Source: Macrostomum hystrix
Taxonomy: Eukaryota > Animalia > Platyhelminthes
Reading direction: 5' to 3'
Assembly (NCBI GenBank): GCA_950097015.1
Contig: CATNEN010000028.1
Location: 124,001-188,000, forward strand
DNA: 64,000 nucleotides
Shown: positions 54,794 to 64,000 of the stretch, piece after piece
Numbering within the stretch: position 1 is the first letter of the stretch
How the letters are laid out: every line of letters begins with the position of its first letter
Notes under the pieces: generated by a model
What the model was told of the DNA's origin: nothing
What the model saw: the letters and a program-made list of their open reading frames with translations, nothing else
The model's database searches: none
Translations under genes and position numbers: made by a program

Positions 54794-56944
54794 ATGGATC
54801 AGTTTCGAGCTTCGCTTTCAACAAATGAGCTGCATTATCTAGCCAGCCACAACACTAAGCCCTACCGCCTATTCAAACAGGACAGACTGTTTGCCGAGAA
54901 AGCAGGTAAGACAGTTGAGCGCCAGCTGAAAGCGGAATGGGCCTCGTTGGACCTGTCTGCCAAGCTGTTCTATTGCCAACGGGCCGACTGTTTCCCGGAC
55001 AGGAAGAAGCTAGAATTCATTAGGCAATGCCGGTTTCACCCGGCCACCATTTCATCAACTGCCACCAACTACGATCTGGACTTTGAACAGCAACCAACTG
55101 AGGTAAGGCTGAATTATCTTCACAGATCCTCTGGCTGAATAGTCTTCCCAGACCTCAGGATTAACAGTCCTCACATATCCTCATTCTGATCAATCTTCCC
55201 AGATCCTCATTCTGATCAATCTTCCCAGATCTTCATTCTGAACAATCTTCCCAGATCCTCATTCTGAACAGTCTTTCTAGATCCTCATTCTGAACAGTCT
55301 TCCCGGATCCTCATTCTGAACAGTCTTCCCAGATCCTCAGGATGAAAAGACTTCACAGATCCTCATTCTGAATAGTCTTCCCAGATCCTCAGAATGAAAA
55401 GTCTTCCCAGATCCTCATTATGAACAGTCTCCCCATATCCTCAGGCTAATCAGTATTCCCAGATTCCATTCTGAGCATACTTCCCAGATCCTCAGGCTGA
55501 GTAATCCTGAGGCCTAGACCTATCTCTTCTTATTCTTATGTTGGGAACAATTTTACAGCAGCAGCAGCACAAGCAGCAACCAACAGGGCTATCTTCATCA
55601 GCAGCGGCCAGCAGAGCTCCTAGCATTGCTACATCTTCAGCGGCTACGACTGCCACAGCTTCTGCCGGCCCAGCCGTTGCTGCGGCCACTCCAGCGGGCA
55701 TTGCTCGCTATCAGCCTATTCGTCCGCGCCTCCTGCCGCCATTCCAGACTCTGCTGCCTCGCCGCGTTCGCCAAGAGCCTCCAGCTGCCGCGGCTGGCAG
55801 TCCGGCAGCCAGCAATTCGATTGACGACTCCGTGCAGCTTGTTGGCATCGAGTATCCGTCACTGGCTAAGCGGCCTCGCATCCAGGCTTCCGTCCCTCCG
55901 AGCCTTGCGACGCCAACGCCATCGTCGCTTTCGCTGTCAGTTTCGTCGGCTTCAACTCCGTCGTCTGGCGGCTCAGCTGGCTTTTCGAATCGGCCACAGG
56001 CGCCTCAGCAGTTGCAGCCAATCGCATTGTCTCTGCCACTGCCGCAGCCGTCGCCTACAGCGGATTACATCAGAGGCGTTCAGTATGGCAGCGCCTATGC
56101 CAATCCGACGGCTGCGATCGAGATTTCGCCTCCGCAGCATCAGCAGCGGCAGCAGCAAGCGTCAGAAAGCGCCGCCGCTGCATACAATTCTTATTGGCAG
56201 TTTTACTATTCGGCCTATTGCTCCAGTCAGCAGCCGCCACCGCCGCCTCCAGTCTACCACAGTCAGCTGCGATATCAGCCCAGCTTTCAGCTGCCGCAAT
56301 ATCAGTATCAGCAGCAGCAGCAGCGTCAGGTGGCCTACGCCAATCCAGCCTCTTATTTCGTAGGTCGACGCGATGCTTCTTCGCAGTTTCCTTCCTTGAC
56401 GTCTCCGCCACCGCCGCCGCCGCCCCAGCCTCAGGCGCCGCCTCCTCTGCAGTCGTCGATGTCGTCCTGCTACTCGCCGGACATATTTCTATTCGACGAG
56501 CAGCTTCATCACCAGGTGTCAACGATGTCACCGTCGGCCTCGGCCCTAGTGACTGAGCACTACCACCAGCACCAGCATCAGCAGCAGCAGCAGTCTTTCG
56601 CTTTTAGTTCAGGCATTTACGGCAGCACTTGCGATAATTATTTTATTGGCTGCGGCTACGGCTACGCCGACGCCAGCGGAGGCAACGGCTACAATTGCGT
56701 CGGTGGGGTCGGCGACGTCGCCGGCTGTTTAGATGCCGGATCACTCATTGACGCCGCTGAAACCAGCGACTGCCGTCTGTCAACGCCAGAATGTCCGACT
56801 GCGGCCAGCGACTGCCAGGATGTGAAGCTGGAGGAGGGAAGCGATGACACAGACAGCGAGGATGATGACAATGAAGACGATGAGCTAGACGGAGAGGATG
56901 AGGACGTTCAGAAAGAGATTGTCGGTAATCGTCTCAGTAGTTGA
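54794..56944 (+). CDS. Protein with divergent N-terminal HMG-box-like domain, Pro/Gln/Ser-rich body and acidic tail; exons 54794-55102 and 55559-56944
   Basis: KPYRLFKQDR..LKAEWASLDLSAKLFYCQRA resembles HMG-box helices. Phase-0 GAG|gtaagg ... ttttacag|CAG joins the two ORFs in frame. Confidence 0.55.
55130..55500. repeat. About 26-bp degenerate minisatellite (TCTTCCCAGATCCTCATTCTGAACAG) filling the intron
   Basis: About 13 degenerate units. Confidence 0.88.
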
Positions 56945-58029
56945 AATCGCCAAATATGAGAATAAGGACTGGAAGGCTGGTGATGCTGTTTCTGAAGTGT
57001 TTCTGATTATTTTCCGACAAATCGTCTAGCCAAACCATATTCTGTTTTGTTCTCTATACAGTCTGTTATATACTCGTAATACTATTTTCTGTGTCGCTCA
57101 GCCGTATGCCTCATTTGTGCATTAAATACCGTCATTGAATTTTTGCATTTTTCTAGCTTTTTGTTCTTTCTACGTTTTCAAATTAGACAGTTTTACAAAG
57201 AAGGTGGCAAATACTTTCTAAACTTGCTCAAGGTTGCCTTCTAAAATAGCATTAATATTTTTTTCTATATATTTTTTCACCTGCTAGGCTTCATAATATT
57301 CCGTTCTGTTGGCTATGCTTGTTTTGTTTTGCGTTTTCGTTACTCATATTGTGCGATAGGCACTATTTTTTTTCACTTTTCGCTATCAACACTGCTCACC
57401 TATAACAATTCTTTCTCTTTTAAAGAGAAAGATCAGAACAGACACTTTCAATCAGAATCCAACACTGTCCATCAGAATCCAACACTGTCCATCAGAATCC
57501 AACACACACTGTCAATCAGAATCCAGTAGACACTTTCAGTTTGTCTCTAGTTTCTTCCAGATAATCTCACGGGTTGTTTGCCTCATTTTTTGCCAGAATG
57601 TGCTTTTGATGTCGGTAGTATTTGTTTTGTATTGTACCTCTGTGTGCTCTTTAGAAAGTCCCACACCTATCATGCGCCAGCCTTTCATTTCGAGTGTGTA
57701 CTTTTAATGAATAATATGGTGTACTTACATGCATATGTTGATTACTGATGTCCCAGTTATGTGTCGCAGTGGTTTTTCGTATTTGGCCATGAAAAGCATG
57801 TTGCTTTCTCAGTTTTCACACATTCTCAGTTTTATCTTTTGGTGAGGTGCTACACAACTTTTTCATATTATGGAAAAGCTAGCAAAACTATTAAATCTCT
57901 TTTTACGTAGCTTTATTATCAAAAAATGTTCCTTACACATTTTTCTAATCCTTCACAATCTTTCAGTTGCAGAAATATATATTTCAAATATAATCATTGT
58001 TTTTTAAACTAAAGTTTTTATGTTTAAAA

Positions 58030-58310
58030 ATGCATCAACAGCTGACACTGCAGTGTTACAGTTAAGTCCTCCAATTCCATCAACAGCTGACATCCCATTT
58101 TCATTAACAGCTGACATTCCAATTCCATCAACAGCTGACATCTGAATTCCATCAACAGCTGACATCCCAATTTCATCAACAGCTGACATCCCCATTCCAC
58201 CAACAGCTGACATCCCCATTCCACCAACAGTTGACATCCCCATTCCACCAACAGCTGACATTCCCATTCCACCAACAACTGACATCTGAATTCCACCAAC
58301 AGCTGATACA
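58030..58310. repeat. 24-bp minisatellite (CAACAGCTGACATCCCCATTCCAC)
   Basis: About 10 units upstream of METTL26. Confidence 0.9.
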
Positions 58311-58452
58311 TTTCAACTTGATTTATACTAGCTTTGTCTACCCTGGACCCCTTGTTGTATTGCAGCCACTATTAGCTAACTTATTAGCTGTTACCTGGCG
58401 AGTTCTGTCATTTTCTACTAGAAGCAGCAGCGGCAGAGGCAGAGTTAGAAAA

Positions 58453-59055
58453 ATGATTGCGCCAGCAGCGGAGCGCAACAAGGAGGCAATCCTGGCCATC
58501 ATGCGGCAGTATATACCCTCTGGCACTTGTCGCCTATTAGAGATTGCCTCTGGCACTGGGCAGCACTGCGCCCACCTGGCAGCTAACCTGGCAAATCGCG
58601 GCCTTCAACTTCAACCCTCCGACATTGATGACAGCAGTTTTGCCAGCATCGAGGCGCACTGCTCCGGCCTGCCCAATATCCGCCTGCCGCCGCTGCAGCT
58701 GGACATTGCTAAGACACCCTGCCAGATGCCGCCGTTCGGCCAGCCAGACATAGTGTTCTGCGCCAACATGATCCACATCAGCTCCACAGCTGCTGTTGAA
58801 GGCCTGTTTGTCAACTCTGGCAGACTGTTGGCCAGCGGCGGCCGCCTCATCACCTACGGTCCCTACGCCATCGATGGACAGATTTATCCGCAGAGCAATA
58901 TTGACTTTGACCAGTCGCTGCGATCCCGCAATCCGGACTGGGGCCTGAGAGACACAGCCTACCTTGCTGGCCTGGCTGAGACTCGGGGACTGAGGCTGGC
59001 TAATAGGCATCAGATGCCCGCCAATAACTGGATGCTTGTTTTCGACAGGCTGTGA
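58453..59055 (+). CDS. METTL26: Methyltransferase-like 26 (DUF938), single coding exon, 200 aa
   Basis: APAAERNKEAIL; LEIASGTGQH; QPSD; NMIHIS; LITYGPY; SNIDFDQSLRSRNPDWGLRD; MPANNWMLVF. Confidence 0.93.
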   Translation: MIAPAAERNKEAILAIMRQYIPSGTCRLLEIASGTGQHCAHLAANLANRGLQLQPSDIDDSSFASIEAHCSGLPNIRLPPLQLDIAKTPCQMPPFGQPDIVFCANMIHISSTAAVEGLFVNSGRLLASGGRLITYGPYAIDGQIYPQSNIDFDQSLRSRNPDWGLRDTAYLAGLAETRGLRLANRHQMPANNWMLVFDRL

Positions 59056-59337
59056 CATGAAACAGTCTACTAATTAGACAATCATCACTACTTGTATCAG
59101 TAGCTAGGGGTGCAGTGGTAAAGCTCAGAGGTCACATTAGTTTGCGCCGATGAGGCTTTAAAGCTTGTGCTGCAATTTAGACCCACGAGAGGCCAACCTC
59201 CAAAAGCATTAATAGTAGAAAGAGGACGCTATTTTCCCTTGGGAAAAAATCGCGGGGATACTTTAAATACCCGCTGCAATGACCGCTTATCGTATCGTGA
59301 AATTGATAAAAAAACTTATTTCATGGCTCAAAGCACG

Positions 59338-60489
59338 TTACAAGTAGATAGAACACTTAACCCCGTTTTTCTCTAGGACAATCGTGGGTTCTCTGGCCAC
59401 CATGTCGCTTGCCTGCAATGTCTCATCCTGCTCTGCAGTGATCCGCTTAGCGGGAGTTGCCTCTTCTAGCGTGCTGGTGCTTCCGTGCAAGCCAGAAGTC
59501 ATGGACGTTGACAGTAGACGCTTTTGATCCAGTGACACTCGCTTGGTGTACCGGATCACGTTCTCCAGTCTCTTGTGCCCCGAGACGGCCTGAATTTGCT
59601 CCGCACTGAAGCCTTGCTCCGACAGGGTAGTGATTGTAGTAACACGAATGCAGTGATTGGTGTACGACCGACCGAGACCAGCTTCCTGGGAGAGAACTTT
59701 CATAAATCCGGCGAGCGTGTTCTTACCCAAGACCTCCTTCTTGCAGAACCAGTCGCCGCCCGTCCAGTTGGTCCTCTGTCTTGGGAACAGGTTCGGGTTG
59801 TCGCTAGTAAGCTCTCTAGGTAGAGAGTAAATGCCTCAACGGGGCATGCGGCCTTATTGCTCACGGGAAAGATACCGATTTCCTTCCTGGTGCTGGCACT
59901 CTTGGCGGAAACATTCTTCTCCTTCTTCTCCTTCACTAAATCGATATATTCGACATGTCCGTCGCGTCGCTTCACTATAACGTCATTTTTGATCAAAGCT
60001 CGGATCCACTCCCGACCTCTAAATCCAAAGTGGAACACGATGAGAAACAGCACCTCATACTGGAGCCTCTTCGGATCTGCTCTGGTGAAGTACGCGTGCA
60101 GCTTAGACATGTCCTCACTGTCTATTGCCGGATATCCGGCCTCACCGTAAACAACAGACGTCGGTTGCTTCAGCGAGTACGTTACGGCAGCTTTGAAGGT
60201 CTTATCCAGCTCAAAAAAATCCGATCCTGGTCTGCTTCTCGGTAGATCGCACAGCGCAATCGTTCTCCAATTTCGAAATCTCTTGTACGTCGCTCTCGCT
60301 TAACTCCGGATAATCTGACAATCCCAGCATAAACTGCTCGACGAAGCTTGCGTCGAGAGTCACGAGTCCGGTGAATTGAGATATCGCAGTATCTCCGGAG
60401 CGGTTGACCGATTCATCAGTGACGAAGCGCAATTCATCAGTGGACAAGCCCACAATCTCGCCTTCCACTATTCCGTCGTAGTTGATCAT
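59338..60489 (-). pseudogene. Crypton-type tyrosine recombinase copy 1 (internal deletion plus frameshift)
   Basis: FGFRGREW (catalytic R), CPVEAF.LYL, NLFPR..VLGKNTLAGFM, YTNHCIR, SGHK, IRY. The frame breaks near 60225 (segment missing after STEKQT) and near 59805. Confidence 0.85.
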
Positions 60490-61130
60490 GGCTCAGTGGA
60501 AGTTTGAAGGAAAGAAATTCCTGAGCTAGCCTTAGTTTTCCTTTCCCTCCTCAACTTGTTCAGACTTCGTGCAGTTGTAGTCTATGGCATAGCTTATCAC
60601 GCACCAAGAGGGAGAGAAAGAAATGAGAGAGATACTGAAAATAGAATAAAGGTCCGCTGAGTGGTGGAAAGGAGAGAGAAACAAGGCTCAGCGTATTTGA
60701 CTTTCTAGTAAAATAGTCGACGGCGCCCTCTGATTTTCCATTAACGCCCTTAAAGCATGGGTACTAATGGTATATTGACAGTTATTGTACTCATTCTAAG
60801 CCAGGAACGCCTAGTCTATGGTTTAAAGTGCTATAATTCCAGGACCGAAATGAAAGCAGTTTGAACTATAGACTAAACAGAACTAAACAGTGTATTTAAG
60901 TGCAACAAAAATAACTATTATTGTCACATTCTTTCTCTTATTATTTCTCGTTGTGTAATTTTGTGATTATCAAACGCCAACTTTTCAACATCTACCATAG
61001 ACTATGGTGGAACTGCGAGTTTATTTTTCATATCAACGAGAAATCAGCTTCAATGGTTAAGCAATGAACAGTTTACAGTTTTTAGTTGTTTATAGTTGCA
61101 ATTCTCAATGACGCAGATGTCTCTAACCAT

Positions 61131-62603
61131 TCAAGTGCAGCCAGAGAAATGACAATCCGTGAAGATAGTTGAGACGTTCTGCCTACTAAGTGTAATGTTC
61201 TGGTTACTCACGTCCATCGTGCTTGACGATCCAGCGTTAGATGGCTGATCAGTCCTAACCAATTCTGTGTTCGTACGAGAATCACTTGATTGCAAAGCTT
61301 CCCCCACAGTCGTAGCCATGTCTCGCAGCGTGTGGTCACGTTTCCTCGATAGATACCGCCGAACTGTCGACTCAGATTGATGTCCCGTGATATTCATGAT
61401 GTCGGACAGAGTATAGCCAGCTTCGTGTAGATCAGCCGTCCTAGTTACTCGAATGCAATGGTTCGTATACTTTTTGCTGAGCTCACACAGGGTGCTTAAT
61501 CGAGTCATGAACGATCCTAACCAATTGATCCCACGAACCTGCTTAGTTGAAAACTGCAGCTGTCCTTCTTTATTTGCCATCGGTCTTGGAAAAAACGAAT
61601 TGTCCTTGGTTTCGTTGGGCAGGACTTGAAGGTAGGTCTCAATGAGTTCATACTGACCGCCATAGATTCTCGCTTGCTTTGGGTTGAAACCTTTGGCCTT
61701 GACTGGATTGGCACTCTGGTTCTTGGTTCTGAGGTTAGGTAGCTCGTAATACTTCTTGCCGTCGCCGTCTTCTTTTTCTACGAGTATGTCTCTCTGACGA
61801 AGGTGTTGGAGGTGCTCTTGACCGCGCTCTCCCAAGACATACAATAAAGTGTAAATCACTTCATCCTGTAGTCGTTCTCCAGTCGAGCGATCAAAGTAAC
61901 TGGACAACTTGGTTAGATCGGCGCGCTCTATCGGTTCGTAACGCTTCACGCTCCCGCCTTTAGAATGAAAATCCCGCACCTTAACTCGAAGCATGCGATT
62001 GGCAGTAGCAAATTTAGGATCATCGACGATGTTGAGTTCACGCTTGATAATGAAGTGAAAAAATCGCTGGATGCCGGCCCGAATGCAGACCAAGCTAGAT
62101 GGCGAGTACGACTCTCCATTCGGTTTAGAAAGCCGAAAGTAGTAGAACCGCAGGTGCTCGTTGAGGCTACTGGGCTCCATTGTTTTGAGACTTTCAACAG
62201 GATGACCCAAGTCACTCATGTAGCTGGCAAACTCTTTGCCATAAAGGAACATTTGCTCCTTGGTCGATCTTGGTAGAGAATCCACCTCGGCCTTGTCCAT
62301 GACATCAGTAGCAACAGAAGCTCCATCCTCTTCACATTCCGGCAGATCGACACCAAGCAGTTCATCGTCAGATCGTGAATGATCGGTAATGAAGTTAATA
62401 AAGTCCTCCAGCTGATTGTCATCTCGGTGATTGTCACTGCTCAGCTCCGCAATGAATGAGTATTCGCTGGATGAAACGCCATCGAGACTATCAACCGGCA
62501 GATGAGACCAATTGATAAGATGCGTAGCGGTCATGTTTAAGGCAGGCAAGCGAAGACGGCTTAAAATGAAAAACGGAGAAGTCTTCGCTGTAACTTCGAA
62601 CAT
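61131..62603 (-). CDS. Intact Crypton-type (DUF3504/lambda-integrase fold) tyrosine recombinase, 490 aa
   Basis: KPNGESYSPSSLVCIRAGIQRF; GERGQE (R), TKN (K), YTNHCIR (HxxR), TGH, RRY (Y); C-terminal FTDCHFSGCT. Single uninterrupted ORF. Confidence 0.9.
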   Translation of the reverse strand: MFEVTAKTSPFFILSRLRLPALNMTATHLINWSHLPVDSLDGVSSSEYSFIAELSSDNHRDDNQLEDFINFITDHSRSDDELLGVDLPECEEDGASVATDVMDKAEVDSLPRSTKEQMFLYGKEFASYMSDLGHPVESLKTMEPSSLNEHLRFYYFRLSKPNGESYSPSSLVCIRAGIQRFFHFIIKRELNIVDDPKFATANRMLRVKVRDFHSKGGSVKRYEPIERADLTKLSSYFDRSTGERLQDEVIYTLLYVLGERGQEHLQHLRQRDILVEKEDGDGKKYYELPNLRTKNQSANPVKAKGFNPKQARIYGGQYELIETYLQVLPNETKDNSFFPRPMANKEGQLQFSTKQVRGINWLGSFMTRLSTLCELSKKYTNHCIRVTRTADLHEAGYTLSDIMNITGHQSESTVRRYLSRKRDHTLRDMATTVGEALQSSDSRTNTELVRTDQPSNAGSSSTMDVSNQNITLSRQNVSTIFTDCHFSGCT

Positions 62604-62727
62604 TTAAGACCAAAGTTTCTGACGAATTACCATAGATGGTATCTAAATTTAGTCATGCATTATCAACCGTTTGATAATGAAAGATTATTAAACGCCTATT
62701 TTGTGTAGAAATCATGAGACAATAATA

Positions 62728-62827
62728 TTGTGTCTATGGTTTTAGGCTTTGATAATGCTCAAATGACACTCGTGGCTTCGCCACTCGTGACTTTGAGCAT
62801 TATCAAAGCCTAAAACCATAGACACAA
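62728..62827. repeat. 100-bp palindrome with perfect 36-bp arms
   Basis: 62728-62763 TTGTGTCTATGGTTTTAGGCTTTGATAATGCTCAAA is the exact reverse complement of 62792-62827; 28-bp spacer TGACACTCGTGGCTTCGCCACTCGTGAC. Confidence 0.97.
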
Positions 62828-63074
62828 CTAACCATTATATACTGTATAACGAAGCAACAAAAAGACTTTTTTCTAGCCAAACTACAGACAATTGCTAGGA
62901 TTATATGGGAAACATATTTAGTTTGTCTCAATAATAGGCAGTGCATTAAGCGTTTCACAAACTCACTTAAACTGAATTTCGATTTTAGCTCGATCAATGA
63001 TGATAGACTTGACACCGTGGTCAGTAATAGAATAGTAATCTCCAGAAGCGACAGGCTCACTTACATGCATGCCT

Positions 63075-63560
63075 GGATTAGCCTCAGCTACAGGAGACGT
63101 ACCCTGTAAAACATTAGAAGCGAATCTAGCCACCTTTGCAGACGGACCGATGTATCGTTCTATGGCAGCTGAACTGTGTCCAGTAATTTTCGCGATTTCG
63201 GGCCTGGACTTGCCCTCGTCACGCAGCGTTGTGACGCAAGTCTTTGAGCGACTGATTGCTGTACTTCCTACTTTTTGGCTCCGGCAGACTCACCGTGACG
63301 GTGCGCACAACTGAATCGATAGTGTGGCGTCCTAGTACCTGATTCTGATACCACTTCCCAGTTCGAAAAGATGCAGGATTCCGGTACCAGGCCAAAAAGA
63401 GTTGCGGCTTTGTGCATTCGGCCGGGCGGAGGCTGACGTAGCGCTTGTACAAGCAAACAAGACAGCGATTGTGTCCTGGTGTATGATACACCGTGTTCCC
63501 TTGAACGGGGCTTTGCCCCGACACTCCCGAAGGCTGCACCGCATTCGGCGCGGCTCAAGA
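63075..63560 (-). pseudogene. Crypton-type tyrosine recombinase copy 3 (C-terminal fragment, frameshifted)
   Basis: RCLVCLYKRYVSLRP..LFL..WYQNQVLGRHTI..KYSNQSLK, then after a frameshift near 63240 TCVTTLRDEG..EIAKITGHSSAAIERY. Confidence 0.8.
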
Positions 63561-63659
63561 GAAAGCTACAAAAATAAGCAATTCGGATTTTATATAAGAT
63601 CACGGTAGTTTAATGCGCATTCTATGGTAAAAAGTCCTCGGCCACACTTAATGGTCCTC

Positions 63660-63795
63660 GGCTCGCTTCGCATACATGCTCGCATAATTCTATACGCAGT
63701 TGCAATCGGCACTTGCAGGATGGCTGCTGCGGCATTTAGTGTTGCCCATTGCACTATAATAGCAGACACCAAGCGTTGCCTGTCGACTGAGGATA
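63660..63795 (-). pseudogene. Possible Tc1/IS630-like transposase N-terminal HTH fragment
   Basis: SSVDRQRLVSAII..ATLNAAAAILQVPIATAYRIMR resembles Tc1-type HTH starts; short and unconfirmed. Confidence 0.35.
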
Positions 63796-64000
63796 TTGGT
63801 GGAGGGAATTTGAAAAACAGCAACAAGAAATAGCAAAGATAAGAAAGAATCGAAAGAAAACCAAACAGGCAGATCAAAGTTTAATCATTTTGGTTGTCTC
63901 TAGTCTATGGTTGAAAGGGTGAATTTTTTCTGAGTGTCTGAATTCATTCTCGCTTTGAATGCCCCTTTCTCGTTTTGGTTGTCCAAACGTCTATGTTCTC

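Noticed and set aside
58453-62603. Bacterial contamination or HGT for intronless METTL26 and the integrase-like ORFs
   Set aside because: METTL26 is a normal eukaryotic gene, the YRs carry Crypton/DUF3504-type motifs, and the flanks contain animal repeats without prokaryotic operon signals.

Overview
Eukaryotic (animal, probably flatworm; a Macrostomum-like assignment is my inference) genomic window with spliceosomal introns. Minus strand: a two-alpha-crystallin-domain small heat-shock gene (3-1134) and a 14-exon ERG/KCNH2-type K+ channel (5349-24981). Its introns carry minisatellites, a hAT-Charlie MITE and a very young intact Ty3/Gypsy LTR retrotransposon (10619-15330) with a textbook -1 frameshift signal. 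Plus strand: a FAM43-like PTB gene, tRNA-Ala(CGC), a Gln-rich atypical zinc-finger gene, DYNLT1, TMEM267, condensin NCAPH, a divergent HMG-box gene and METTL26. The right end holds three divergent Crypton-type tyrosine-recombinase genes (one intact), punctuated by a recurring CCATAGAC/GTCTATGG motif and a 100-bp palindrome. Best leads: (1) the tyrosine-recombinase cluster with shared end motifs; (2) introns built from tandem repeats whose unit copies the splice junction; (3) unpaired acceptors and an operon-like junction consistent with spliced-leader trans-splicing, possibly supplying start codons. All exon models and homology calls were made by eye, without database searches.
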